From Eledone cirrhosa (taxonomy: Eukaryota): a stretch of DNA of 64,000 nucleotides. Both the position numbers and the translations under genes were made by a program. The DNA lies in NCBI GenBank assembly GCA_964016885.1, contig OZ024742.1, forward strand, positions 276,644,001 to 276,708,000, given 5' to 3'. A model generated the notes under the pieces. It did not search any database, had not been told where the DNA came from, and was given only the letters and a program-made list of their open reading frames with translations. Below are positions 24,271-37,422 of the stretch, in pieces (positions within the stretch are counted from its first letter, which is position 1; each line of letters begins with the position of its first letter).

Positions 24271-25325
24271 TGCTCAGGTGCAATAAGTAGCAAGTGTCCA
24301 CAGGATACTAGCTCCTTCTATTGCCCAGATAGTTCTATAGAAATAGTAGACACTTTCCGTTACCTGGGTGACGAAATCAGCAGTGGTGGAGGGTGTTCTG
24401 AAAGTACAGTAGCCAGAGTCAGAATGGGATGGGAAAAGTTCAGAGAGCTTATACCGCTGTTGGCCACAAAAGGTTTCTCTCTAAAAATGAAAGGCAGATT
24501 GTATGATGCCTGTATACGAACAGCAATGCTACATGGCAGTGAGACATGGGCATTGCGTGCAGAGGATTTGCGCAGACTGGAAAGGAACGAAGCATGCATA
24601 CTCCGTTGGATGTGTAATAGTAATATAAGTGAACGGCAAAGCATAAATGAACTAAGTGAAAAATTAGGAATAAGAAGGATCAGATGCTGTTTACTTGAGA
24701 GAAGACTACGTTGGTATAGTCACATGATGCGCATGAAAGACGACAGCTGCATAAAAATGTGCAGGGCGATCAAAATTGATGGTAGTTACGGAGTAGGTAG
24801 ACCCAGAAAAACCTGGGACGATCTGATAAATTCCGACCTTACACACTTGCACTTCTCTAAGACAATGTCACTGGACCGAGATCTTTGGCGCTACGCAGTA
24901 ATACAGAAGACCCGCCTAGCCTACGTACAAAGCGAAACCTACAGTCAGTAGGCACCTCCTATCCAAATATACACCCCAATCCACTACCCCTACCCTATCC
25001 TCCCACTCCCACCAACTCCACCCTCTCTCTGTAAAGTTGGTACCACAACATCCAGTCCAAATAAATGAGATAATGAGATCAAGATCGTGTAGGTGTCATG
25101 ACAAAAAAAAAAAATTACTCATAGTTCAAGCTGTAATGTGGCCGTGTAGGTAACACGGTAAAAAGTTCCCAGTTCCACACTGTAAATGTGGTTGGTATTA
25201 AGAAGGGCATCCAGCCGTAGAAAGCCTGCCAGATAGTCCTATACGAGCGAGACACGGTCATCTGACCAACCTTGCCTCAAGTGGCACAGGGTGGAAGATG
25301 GACGTTAAATGATGATGATGATGAT
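24271..25325 (+). mobile_element. 5'-truncated RTE LINE, same family as 5783-7073
   Basis: ORF 24424..24951 closely similar to 5912..6658; same 3'UTR and (GAT)n tail. Confidence 0.9.
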
Positions 25326-25548
25326 AATTTTATATATGTTTAGTAATCTTAGTAATGAAATAATTAATAATTTTAATAAATCCCTCCAAATTCTTAATTA
25401 TTCAATTCAAATGTAGAAATATGATAATGAAAGGGTTAACTACCATTGTAAAATAGTTAAAAACTTGAATAATTAGTTGCCCTCACAATAAAAAGGTTGT
25501 GAGTTCAGAACCATAACTGAAGTTGTGACGTGTACTTTAACTAAAATA

Positions 25549-25697
25549 TGCACACATGCATGTATCTGTGTGTATATCATGACTCATACACTGGTCGCTT
25601 TCCTGAGATTTGTACATTATTCTATGTACTATACATGCACCTTTGATGAGTTGTAGCGCACCTGAACACTGTACACAATAATTTTCATTATTATTAT
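25549..25697 (+). mobile_element. CR1 3'-end fragment
   Basis: Same 3'UTR and ATT tail. Confidence 0.82.
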
Positions 25698-26850
25698 AAT
25701 CAATTGATCCAACCTACATGACAACAGATAAGAAGAAAACAAAAGAGAACAATAATTGTGAAGTGTCACATGACTAAAAAAGAACCAGACGTCATCTTCA
25801 TTTTTATAACTGCTTTTCCATGCTTGCATAGGTTGGATGGGTCTTTTCCAACCCAGTATTTCACCACTTTTTCGAGGCTCAGCATCCTAAAATCAGCTTT
25901 CAACACCTTTGCCCGTGTCTTCCTTGGTCATCCTCTTTCACAGCTTCCTTCCACATAGATCACCTGGCACTTCTTTACTGAAATGTCATCATTTAAACGC
26001 ACCTCATGTCTATACCAGTGCAGTCTTCTCTCTCACTCATTACATCTCATCCATCTTATACTCGGTTGTTCTTGTGCCTTGTTGATCATGTATTTTAATG
26101 TTACACATCCAGCTGGACATGTTCTCTTCATTTCTTTCCTGCCATCACACATTCTCTGCATTCATTACTACTATCTTGTTACTATACAACACTTCATACA
26201 CAAACATCATACATTCTACCCTTTACTCAGAAAAAGAATCCCCTTTTTTTTTTCCTCTCTTTTTTAGCCAGAAAAAGTAATATCTCCCTGAACTTATTCC
26301 ATTCTATTGTTATTCTGAGTACTACTAATTAGGCCACCAAGAAGAGGGACTTTTATTTTTGTTCCCTATGCAAGTTTCTTATGTCTGACCCCATCAATAG
26401 TTCTACTGATATAAGGAGCATTTGTTTTCCTTGTACTAAAATTTTCAGTAGCAAGTGATCATTGGTGTATATTTCTTGAAAGGTTTCCAGTGGATGTGTC
26501 ACTGCAGAAACTTTACTAATGATCAGTGAGAGGAAAGTGATTGAAGGAGGTGGTCATTTATGAGTATTTCCATCTTAGTGATCTTTGGTGTGGTAGCTTT
26601 AGGCCAATAATTGACAGTCATACAGTTTTTTTTTCTTTAATGTAGAATGATATAGTGTTATCCGATTTACTAGAAAGTTTACAAGATGAAAAGAAAAAAA
26701 GTTTGAAAGCACACTGTTTGAGGATAATGAGTGGATAATTTAGATTAGTCATTATGTTTTAATTAAACCAAAAAATGTTAACATATTAGTAAGGAAAGTA
26801 CGTTAGCATAGAAGTATGGAATTAGGGATTGAGAAGGTAGTGAATATATG

Positions 26851-27146
26851 ATAATGAAAATTATTGTATACAGTGTTCAGGTGCACTACAACTCATCAAA
26901 GGTGCATGTATAGTATATAGAATAATGTACAAATGTGAACAGTGTATGAGTCATGATATACAGACAGATACATGCATGTGTGTATGGAGGGGGAATATCA
27001 GGTGTAGTATTGGCAAATTTCAGGAAGCATGGAAGTTTTGAAGAATGCAGTGTGCTAATGCAGGTAGTTTGTTCCATGCTTCAGAAAATCTGAGCATGAA
27101 AAAATGTTTCTAAAAGTCATGGGAGCTGTGTTGTTTTCTGATTTTG
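26851..27146 (-). mobile_element. CR1 3' fragment
   Basis: Same 3'UTR in reverse orientation. Confidence 0.85.
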
Positions 27147-27314
27147 TATTCGATACTGCTTGTAGACTAATTGGTATTGTGGAATGGTGTATAGGAGTAA
27201 GCTTTGAAGCTTCATTACTTGTGCCTTAGAAATATTATTCATCTACTAGCTGAACAATACTTTTGTTTAGTAATTTTAGTATTTTACATAGTCACATTGT
27301 TTTTTGTTCCACAG

Positions 27315-27384
27315 GTTGTCCGGCGACGAAGGTCCATGATACGATCCTGGCAGCCAATACAACTCAATTTATCAAGCTTGAAAG
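27315..27384 (+). CDS. DLG5: DLG5 exon (VVRRRRSMIRSWQPIQLNLSSLK)
   Basis: Acceptor ccacAG, donor AAG|GTAGTC; phase 0-1. Confidence 0.88.
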
Positions 27385-27870
27385 GTAGTCATGTATATTT
27401 GATTAATTCAATCACTTATTAAACATTATCTTTCTCACTCAGGCCAATTCACAGCTTATAAGGGTTTATTTTGGCTTGTAAGGGTTTGTTTTACGGCTTA
27501 CACTACTTCACAACTTGTAATGTCAGTTTAGCACATTACCACTAAATCAATGTCTCTCCATTAATTCGTTGATCAATTTGTGTTCCTTTGATCATAAGGC
27601 TGACACTTTAGCTGCTCAGTCATAGGAACTACTCAAAACATTTACTATATAAACTTTACTGTATACTGCCCACAAAACCACCCAAGTTATGCTTTAAAGG
27701 CCCATCAAAAATAAGCTTATATAAAATGCTAATATGTCTTTTGTATTTCTTAAAATATTACCTTTAAATTAACACTTTTTTATATTACAGTCAACACTGA
27801 CGTTTCTTTAGTATTCTAATTACATTGAATGAAAGTATATCTTTTTAATTGCTTTATCATATTCTTGTAG

Positions 27871-27974
27871 ATATGGGAATCCAGATAGAAAATGGTATTT
27901 TCATCAGTCGCATTTCTGCTGGTTCAGTAATAGCAAAAGATGGAATGCTTATTGTTGGAGACAGAATCAGCAGT
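27871..27974 (+). CDS. DLG5: DLG5 exon, PDZ2 (MGIQIENGIFISRISAGS...VGDRI)
   Basis: Acceptor ttgtAG, donor GTAAGT; phase 1-0. Confidence 0.9.
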
Positions 27975-28002
27975 GTAAGTTTAGTATACATACATATATA
28001 TA

Positions 28003-28091
28003 TTTGTACATTATTCTATGTACTATACATGCACCTTTGATAAGTTGTAATGTACCTGAGCACTGTGTACACAATAATTTTCATTATTATT
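28003..28091 (+). mobile_element. CR1 3'-end fragment
   Basis: tttgtacattattctatgtactatacatgcacc...ttcattattatt. Confidence 0.8.
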
Positions 28092-28741
28092 GTATCTACA
28101 TTTTCTATAGGTTTGTTATGAGACTCTTGACACCATACTTGTTTTAATTTTAGTAAATCAATATATTTTTCAAACAGGCCCCGCTACCTAAGGCCTAAAC
28201 GTGTCAGTCATTAACCTGTGCGAAGGATGATGCGATGTGACTCCCTTTGCTGTGTCTAACCATATTTCAGTATTTTGCACCAGTCACCAATGTGGGACTT
28301 TTCTCAGACCTCTGAAGACTAGACTTTTTTAGAAGCAGAATTTACTTGCCTTGTCATAGCTACATCACTGGATTGCAAGAGTTTTCTTGGGAGCTAAAGG
28401 TGTCACCCATCGCTCCATCTCCCTTAGTAGTTTACCACTGTTGGTTCAGGATTGCTTATTCATCAGGTTGGTGGCTATCCACAATCTGCAGCCATTTTCT
28501 AGCAGAATAGCTCTGCTGAGAAGAAAATCTTGATTGCTTTAGAGGATAAATTGCACTATTTCCTGCTATCTCATTTTTTATTCAGATTATAAATAATTAT
28601 TTATAGTCACTGGCATTCCCATCCCTAAAAGCCAATAACTGAGAATAAGTATTTTATTGAGTTAAAATTGTATATGTTTTATATTGTATACTGTAAACAG
28701 AACTATGTTGGTTTAATAGTAATTTTTTTATTTTATTTTAG

Positions 28742-30012
28742 ATTAATGGTCAGAGTATTGATTGTATGTCTGCTTCTGAAGTAACCAAAATATTACACAC
28801 ATGTGGAGAAATGGTAATATTAGAAATCTGGCGACAGAGTGCTTCCCCTGCCAATTCAACAGGTTCTTCTCCAACACCTATCTGTCAAACAATGATTAGA
28901 TCAATACATGAACAATCAGTAATGTCTGCTGCAACATCTGACCACTCCTGCAATGATGCTGATAAAGATCATCTCTCAGACAGTGGCTTAGAAGAAAGCA
29001 AAGACAGCAGAACTGTTCGCCACAGTGGCTCCCAAACTGATAGTCTGGACAGTCCACAACCTCCACACAGGAAAAGCAACAAATCTTCACATCATAAGGA
29101 ATCGGAAAATAAAAGCCGACACAGTGCTTCTGATAAGCTTTTAGAGAAAGCATGGGACTTTTTCAAAAAAGGTCGCCATAGTAAATATGATAAGCAAGAA
29201 AGAAACACGGCTCAAACCGATGAAGAGAAAGTAATTGCAGAATTTAACACCATGTTAAATGAGCAAGAAAATTACAATGGTCGTAAGAAAAAAGAACTTG
29301 AACATGAAAACAGTGGTACCTGGCCAAAATACAGAGGAATGCAAACGAATGTATCAGGTCAGGGTACTGTAATAGTTCCATCACAAAAACGTAAAGACCG
29401 TCCACCATTATCTGTAATATTACAGGACTCTGTACAAATGTCTTCATACAAAGCCCCTCCTATCTCTTCAGAAAGAACTCATTCTCCATTTACAACCTCC
29501 ATCAGACATAGCCCCCAGAATTCTGAAGTTGGGAGACAAACTCCATCTGCAGATATTCAAATGTCAAAGTTCATGAAGCTAACTACATTAAATCCTTATT
29601 TAACCAAATCTGTCCCTCCTTCAATCAAAGACCATTATCAGAAGACTATGTCTGATTGTAAGACATTGCCTTCTAGCTACACTCCTCTGCATTCAAGTCC
29701 AACAACACATGATGTAGCTTTTATTGACTCTTATTCCAAAGGTGTGCGACCAAAGTCCATACCCAATAAATATGAAAAGAAATTCCATCCTCCACCTGCA
29801 GGTTTTAATCATGTCACTGCTGCACAGTTGAATCTAAGGCGTTCTCACCCATCTGAAATGCATTCTTTCCATCCATCAACACCATTCATCTCCAAAACAC
29901 CATCTGTTTCGCCACCTTTACAAGATTCTGGTAATGTTCACCGACTTCCTGGTAGATTGTCTCCTGTTGTCACAAATCCACGTGTTAGAACTGCATCCAG
30001 TTATTCCAATAG
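28742..30012 (+). CDS. DLG5: DLG5 exon (1271 nt), end of PDZ2 plus Ser/Pro-rich linker
   Basis: Acceptor ttttAG at 28741; contains ORF 28766..30016; donor AG|GTAAGA; phase 0-2. Confidence 0.9.
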
Positions 30013-30339
30013 GTAAGACATTTGAAAGACACAATTCCTTAGATAATTTTTTATTTTTTATTCTATTGATTCGATGTCATCATCATCACCGTTTTACATC
30101 CATTTTCATACTAGCATGGGTTAGATGAGTTGTCCTGTTGTTGGCAATGCTAGGTCAGGTGACCTTGCCTTGTTCATACAGAACTGATTTTGGCTTGGTT
30201 TCTACAGTTGGATGTCCTTCCTAATGCCAACCTCATTTACAGTGAGTACTGGCTGCTTTTTGTCATGACACCTACACGACCACTTTACAGTGTGAGCTGG
30301 GTGCTTTTTGTTGTGACACCTACATGTTGATATATGTTT

Positions 30340-30740
30340 GTAAATCTGGAGAGTTAAGCAACAGGCCAATCAAGGATAGTAGTTAAAACGCCAAAAGCAT
30401 CTGGTTGGGAGGGGCATTCACTAACTATGCACAGAATAAATCAAGTAATACAGAACAGTGTCATACCTAATGACTGGCGTAGCAGCAGTGTCTTCAACTG
30501 CTACCAGAGGAAAGGAGATTCACTGAACAGAGGAAACTACAAAGGCATCAAGTTGATGGACCAGGTCATGAAAGTTACTGAAAGAACTAATTCAAAATAA
30601 AATTAACATAGACAAGATGCATTTTGGTTTTATGCCCATTATAAGTACCTCAGATGCCCTCTTCCTTGTGCAACAGCTGCAGGAGAAGTATCTAGCTAAA
30701 AGTAAGTCCCTCTACCTAACATTTGTTGATCTGGAAAAAA
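30340..30740 (+). pseudogene. Decayed RTE RT fragment
   Basis: NYKGIKLMDQVMKVTE...FGFMP...QLQEKYL..SKSLYLTFVDLEK remnants. Confidence 0.7.
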
Positions 30741-31135
30741 GTTAAGAAGTGTTTACGAGTCCCAGAATTACTGTGATTCAAAGAGTATAGCCAACCAGGA
30801 CCTCAAAAAAGTGTAGTGTGTTTTCAGTGAGAATATTTTTAACATTCCAAGGATGAGAGACAGTATCGGTAGAGCGTTAGACACCATGCTTTGCAGCATA
30901 GAGTTATGGCCCTTTGTTTTCTGAGTTCAAATCCTGCTATGATTAACTTTGCCTTTCATCCCTACTGCACTGTGGTAATTGCTGGCCTTGTGCCAAAAGT
31001 AGAAACAATTATATTCTAGAAATTATATTAAGTTAAATAACATTTTTTTTAGAAATTTCAATACTTTGTAATAATAATTCAAATATTGATTTTTAATCAC
31101 TTAAATACTCCTTCTGGGACCTGTTTATTTTTCAG

Positions 31136-31388
31136 TGTTGCTGGTCAAACGACATTACTTCGACAACCAAACCAAAGTTCAGTTTACCAAGTGTCTTGTC
31201 ACCCAAGTAATGGATCAGTGAACACAAGTTCTGCAACTCTTGGATCAAACATACAGTCGTTATCTCCTCGGCATAGTTCTCCATCTTATATCAGTGCTTC
31301 AATTCCTGAGATGGAAGCTGACCGTACACCCTATCATTTACGCAGTATAGACTTCCGCTCTAGTATGTCACCCACATTGTCACAACCT
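31136..31388 (+). CDS. DLG5: DLG5 exon, Ser-rich linker
   Basis: Acceptor tttcAG, donor GTAAGT; phase 2-0. Confidence 0.85.
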
Positions 31389-32309
31389 GTAAGTTAATTT
31401 CTTCATAAAACTATTTAGTTAAGTAATTCATATACTTTCATCTGTAGAAATGCTGGTCCAAGACAATGGAATTGAAAACCCTGATTTTCATTTCTCGTTG
31501 GTATTATTGCAATTCATTTACATATTTACCGTCTAACCCATGCTAGCGTGGAAAATGGACGTTAAACGAAGATGATGATGATGATATTGCTTTTGAAAAG
31601 ACATGAACAGTCATTGCTTCCCATTTCTCTTCCTACAGGTCTTTAATGCAGTTTTGCATTTGTCATTTTATAATTTTACTTGTCTTTTACTTTTTATGAT
31701 TGCATGTTTCTGCCAAATGTTTTTCATATTTTGGTCCCTTAGTAGAATTGCTAAGTTTAGTTGGATGTGAGCATAGATATCAGCATTCTTTAGGCTAAAT
31801 GTCTAAATAATATGGTACAATCCTTTTTTTCATTTTGGGGTTTTGTTTCTCAGAGTTTTTAGGTGTTGATTTGTTTTGTTTTTTGTATAATATTATAGAT
31901 TAAATTCAGAGGATATGTCCTTTTGATGAGTTTTTGTTTTTTTTCATCTCTTCTAGTCTGTGATATCTTGTTGTGTTTGAGACTATTGTGTAAATTCGCT
32001 TAGTTAAATTAAATGGAATGGTGTTTTGAATGAGATGATGTAAAAGGGAAGTATTGTCGTGAGTTCATAGGTTTGAAACATCAGTTTCTAGTTTTGTAAT
32101 ACTTTTTATTATTAAGGTATCTATGAAGAAGAGTTTTTCGTTACTGCTCCTGTACATTTCCTCATATGAAGTCTTTCTTCATTCTCAGCCTATCAGCCCA
32201 CTACATTTTTGTGCATCTTCAGTTTAAACTACAAGCACCCTATAGAATTCCTACCTGTTCCATCTCTCCATATCAAGCATAACCACCTTTCTGGTGGTAA
32301 TAGGGTTCT

Positions 32310-32359
32310 AGTAAAGTTTTAGTTAGTAAGAAAGCATTCTTACTAACTAAAACTTTACT
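32310..32359. repeat. Perfect 23-bp inverted repeat with 4-nt loop
   Basis: AGTAAAGTTTTAGTTAGTAAGAA-agca-TTCTTACTAACTAAAACTTTACT. Confidence 0.95.
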
Positions 32360-32871
32360 TTTCGTTAGGTTTTCTTTGAGGCCTCTTCATTTTAGGTTGT
32401 TTTGTTTTTTTCTTCCAAGTTTAGAATATCCTCTTTGACCAATTCAGCTATATAAACTAAGTCATTGATATACAGGAGAGAAATAAATTGTAGGATTTGC
32501 AAAATAATGTATCCCATGCTAACATCTGCAATATTGGTGAAACTGTTTTGCATGTATCTATAGTCGAGGTGTGTGAGTACATTTAATCTGCAGATGTTGC
32601 TGGTACTTGTTTTATTTATCTGGTCAGAAAGAGAATAAAGAAAAGACATAACAGTTGTCAATGTATTTCGGGTTTGTGAAACCATATGCTTCCTTCATGA
32701 CATATATAGAATCTAAATGCGACAATTAGATGTAAAAGAACAAACAAAAGGTACAGTAATGCTAAGTGTATGACGTGGTAGGTAGAACGTTTGTTTTGTT
32801 TGTTTTTTAATCTTTTTTTTATTTAAAAAAAAAATTTTTTTTCTTTTTTCTTTTTCTTCTTGAACTTTCAG

Positions 32872-33082
32872 AGCAGCAATAGCAATATTCCCTCACACAA
32901 TGAAGACTTTCCATACAGTCGGCTTCAACCACGCTCTCCATTACATTCTCGTGAAATTCAGGAGTTCAGCGGATGCTCAACATTTCCAAAACACGGTCAT
33001 GAACGAATACGTATTCCATCTAACACTAGTGTAGTAACAAAATCTTCTGTAGGTCGAGTGTCTACTAGTTCATTTGAAGTTG
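32872..33082 (+). CDS. DLG5: DLG5 exon (...CSTFPK...RIRIPSNTSV...)
   Basis: Polypyrimidine tract plus cAG, donor G|GTAAGG; phase 0-1. Confidence 0.88.
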
Positions 33083-33350
33083 GTAAGGAAATTGTATACA
33101 TCTTTCCACTTGTAGTTCAACATTATTATTATTATTATTATTATTGTTGTTGTTGTTCTCATAGAGAAGAGTTTATTCTTGTAAAACCAAATATAAAACT
33201 TACATTTTAATTCCTTGTTTTAGTTAATAATTTCCTTTAATACTTTAGAAAAAGGTATGAAAGTTGCAGAAGCATTTACCCCTATAAATCTGAGTTTTTG
33301 ATATATATTAAATGCATTGTAGGATCTGGACTTGACTTTCATAAAATAAC

Positions 33351-33540
33351 AGCCAGTGGATTGGCAGTATCGGTAGAGGGTCTGACGCCATGCTTTGCAG
33401 CAAAGAGTTACCCTTTATGGTCTGAGTTCAAATCCCGCCGAGGTTAACTTTGCCTTTCATCCTTATGGGGTCGATAAAATAAAGTACCAGTAATGTACTG
33501 GGTAATTGCTGGCCTTGTGCCAAAAGTAGAAACAATTATT
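33351..33540 (+). mobile_element. tRNA-derived SINE family 2 (core AACTTTGCCTTTCATCCTT...GGGGTCGATAAAATAAAGTACCAG)
   Basis: B-box GAGTTCAAATCC. Related copies (approximate coordinates) at 213-330, 9915-10060, 10436-10611, 30861-31012, 34766-34915, 43286-43612 and 52555-52925. Confidence 0.75.
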
Positions 33541-34308
33541 ATTATTGTCGTTGTCACTATCGCCGCCGCTGCCACCTCCTCCAGCACACCTTCCAGCAGG
33601 TCCTGTCAAAAGCAACTGTCTCCCAAAGAAGACCAGCCAGGCTCCATCTTCCTCTGGGTCTCTTGTTGGCTGGTTTTGCCCATAAAAACTGCCCAACGAT
33701 ACTTTCCTTAAATATTCTAACCACATGTTTGTAGTATTGGAGCTGTAATCTCTCTATCAGGAGTGACTCTCTGAGCTATGCACTCTATCGGAGGAACCCC
33801 ATTCTGGCCACTTGTATTCTGATTATTAGCTGAGAAAATTCCATATCAATAATATTGTTATGAGTATTTTCTGGAACCATCTTTGGTTACATAATAAGAT
33901 TAATAATAAGATTAATCAAATTCTGAGAAACTCGTTATTTTGTTCATCCCTGGGAAACTGACAGCACTATTGCATCTCTTCCTCTTCAATTCCCTTCTCT
34001 CTTTATCACATCTTCCCACACTCTTATTTCTCCTTCTCATCACCCACTCTTCTTCTTCAACTCCCTTCTCTCTTTATCACATCTGCCCCCCCTCTTATCT
34101 CTCCTCATTACCTACCCGCCTACTATATCTTTATTTATTTATTTTTTTATTAATCAAGCATTAAATATATTAATATTTGATTTAACAATATTATTGATGA
34201 TATAAGTGCAGTTTTAGAGGATATTAGTTAATAGTTATATGTATAAGATGATTGCGATACTGTTAAGTAATAGTGACTAATTGATAGTATATTTAATTAT
34301 TATTGCAG

Positions 34309-34423
34309 TATCAGAACGTAGTAGTCCAATGTCACCTGTGATGTTTCCTTTGGAACGCAGCTCCACACCTTCTCTATTGCCACCTCCACCTAATTTTTGG
34401 GTCCATTCGAAACCAGGAAGGAA
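34309..34423 (+). CDS. DLG5: DLG5 exon (SERSSPMSPVMFPLERSSTP...)
   Basis: Acceptor ttgcAG, donor AA|GTAAGA; phase 1-2 bridges neighbouring exons. Confidence 0.85.
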
Positions 34424-35293
34424 GTAAGAACATTTTTTTAATCATCCCATTGAAGTTAAGATAATATATTATGAGAATCGTTCTCTGTTATTGTGTTTGT
34501 AAATGCTTGCATGTGAGTCATGGGCCTGCAGCATTTTACTTTGTAAGTAAGCAAAATGATTTCTAGCAGTAGTATAAATTCCTATATAGTACATTTTAAA
34601 AAAAATGTATATCTGTTCTATGTAAATGATGAATAATTGTTTTGTTTATATAAGATTATTTCCTTTCTGGAATAATCCAGTAAAATAGCTTGTAAACTGC
34701 AACTATATATTCATATTTATATGTACACATATATATCATATACAGATTCCTATATTTGTTACAGACAGTGAATTGGCAGGATCATTTGAACGTTGGATAG
34801 AAGGCTTTATGGTATTTGTTCTGGCTCTGAGTTCAAATCCTGCCGAGCTCAACTTTGCTTTTCATCCTTTCAAGGTCGATAAAAAAACTACCAGTCTAGT
34901 ACTGGGGTTGATTCTTTCTCTATCTGGAACAGGTCTGAAGAGGAATGGGCTCCACCAGGCTTTAAATGCCCAAGAAATGCTGTATGTCAATACGGCGCCC
35001 TTTCTATAGGACTCTATCAGGAGTTATGGGACAATACCATAGCACCATATTTGTTACAAGAAGAAATAGAAGGATAACACATAGTTTAGTGGTGTTTGTC
35101 TCTCAGTGGTCTTGAGAGTTTGAAAGTATTTAGCTAAGTTATGGTGATTCAGAAAACATTGCTATAAGACTTCCTTTAGTAAAGGTTTGGATAAGAAATT
35201 AGCTTACCTGATTGAAACATTTTTTACAATTTGTAGCTTTAGTGATATTTAGTGATGTTTTGTTAGTAAAATGAATTTGTATCTTTGTTACAG

Positions 35294-35456
35294 ACCTAAA
35301 CCAGGTGATACACGAAGTATGAGCATTGAAATGTCTTCAGAACCTGTTGGCTTCAAAATCGAAGCCTTAAAATCTGGGGGTATTTTTGTTTCATCTATCA
35401 GTGAAAATAGTTTAGCTGCAGAACATGATTTGTATGTTGGTGATCAACTTCTTGAA
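35294..35456 (+). CDS. DLG5: DLG5 exon, PDZ3 N-half (EPVGFKIE...GGIFVSSI...VGDQLLE)
   Basis: Acceptor ttacAG, donor GTAAGT; phase 2-0. Confidence 0.92.
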
Positions 35457-35804
35457 GTAAGTTTCTTTTGCAATTTTAAATTAACAATGATATAGACTAT
35501 GATAAATGAGATATTTATATTAATTTTGTGAGAAGTTGCCACCAATTTAATGGGGAGAAACTAATTTTTTTTACTGAAGTTTTAAAAGAAATATTTAATT
35601 TCTATGAAAATTAATAGTAATAGTAATTCTTTAAGTAATAGTAATTCTTTATACTAAATTATTATAACTCTCAGATCTGCTCTAGGTAATTACTAGTCCA
35701 TTACAATTCCCTTCAGACAGGTCACACAATTAAGTATGGCTCACTATATTTTGTATTTGCTTGGAAATAAGTGAATAAATGAAAACTTGAACCTTTTTTT
35801 CCAG

Positions 35805-35907
35805 GTTTGTGGAATCAACATGCGAACTGCAACTTATCAGTTAGCAGCTAGTGTATTGCGTCAGTGTCGAGAAACCTTAACAATGCTGGTACAATACAAC
35901 CCACACA
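35805..35907 (+). CDS. DLG5: DLG5 exon, PDZ3 C-half (VCGINMRTATYQLAASVLRQC...VQYNPH)
   Basis: Acceptor ttccAG, donor A|GTAAGT; phase 0-1. Confidence 0.92.
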
Positions 35908-36086
35908 GTAAGTAACTTTTCTAATGTCTACCTTCAAGTTTTTTATTTATTCACTTGTATTTCATATTGACAAAACTATATTTAACTTGAAGGGTTGTAG
36001 GGAAACATCTAAAAACATTTATTTTGCTTGAATTTATTTCATTCTTGTGCTTCAGTATTTAGAAAAACAATCTTTCTTGTTCACAG

Positions 36087-36240
36087 AATACAACAGTGAT
36101 CGGTCTGAAAGCAATTTGTGTTCCTCACCATCAGATTCCTCTGAACTATCAAAAAAACAGAGTCATCTAGTCAGTAGTGAAACATTAACACCATCCAGTC
36201 CACCTTCAGAAAACAATCTCCACAGAATGAGTACCCTCAG
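36087..36240 (+). CDS. DLG5: DLG5 exon, PDZ3-4 linker
   Basis: Acceptor tcacAG, donor AG|GTGAAA; phase 1-2. Confidence 0.85.
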
Positions 36241-37211
36241 GTGAAAATTTATCCAGACGTTTTCTACATTCATATTTCCATGTTAAAATACAACTTTCTT
36301 ATCTCAGTTATGTAAATTACTCTTAGACTTATTAGATAGATTTCTAATAACTAAATTATTAGTTTGAGCCCAGTAAACGTTTCATCTAAAATAAGAAACA
36401 ATTGTTATATTTTGCTTTTCTAGAATAGGTACACTTTATTCCTGCATGTTGTAAGAAACAACTAAAAGGGCTGGTATCAGGAAGGGCATCCAGCTGTAAA
36501 ACATTGCCTAAAAAAGTCCCATCCAACCCATGCCAGCATGGAAAACTTAGCATGAATATGTAAACGATAATGATGATATGTGCAAACTACTTGAAGTTTT
36601 TAAATATAGCTGACCAAATATCAGGAACTGTATTTATCAAAATTAATGACATCATTTCTCATCTTTAAAATACTCTATATGCAAAGATGTTAAATTCTGT
36701 ATTTTGCAGCTAATATAATAGGTGCAGACATGACTGTGTGGTTAAAAAATTTTTTGATAACCACATAATTTTGAGTTCAATCCGTCTTCATGGCACCTTG
36801 GGCAAATGTCTTCTATAATAACCTTGAATGACCAATGCCTTTTCAGTGAAATTTAATTGGTGGCAACTGTGTGGAAGTCAGTCATGTGTGTGTGTCTCAA
36901 TGTATGTCTTCATGTTCACAATGCTTAAATGAATATCAATTAGAGCAGTTTAGTGGTACAATGTGAATAGATCAGTAAAATATGTACTGTATTTGAAAAT
37001 TAAGGCATTGAGAAGGGCATCCAGCTATAGAATTCTGTCTAAAAAAAATGTGCTGTCCAACCCATGACATCATGGAAAAATAACATACCAATGATGATGA
37101 AAATATCTTTAAAAATGTTATCAAGATTTTTTTTGTTTTTCATTTTTATATAATTTAATAAGAAACTGCTTATATAAATTTCCATGTCCATTTAGAAAAA
37201 ATAACCTAGTT

Positions 37212-37422
37212 TATGCTCAAGCACAGAAATGCTATAAAGATAGTTTATAAAATAGAGTGAAGACCATTAAAAGACAGAAAAAGAAGTTGCCATTGGTTGG
37301 TATCTGGGAAATATGGGGTTTCATTTCCTCATAGAAACCGATGGCGACTTCTTTTTCCATCTTTTAAGAGTCTTCACCCTATTTTATAAGCTATCTTTAT
37401 AGCATTTCTGCGCTTGAACATA
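37212..37422. repeat. ~210-bp foldback inverted repeat (MITE-like)
   Basis: TATGCTCAAGCACAGAAATGCTATAAAGATAG... pairs with ...CTATCTTTATAGCATTTCTGCGCTTGAACATA. Confidence 0.9.
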
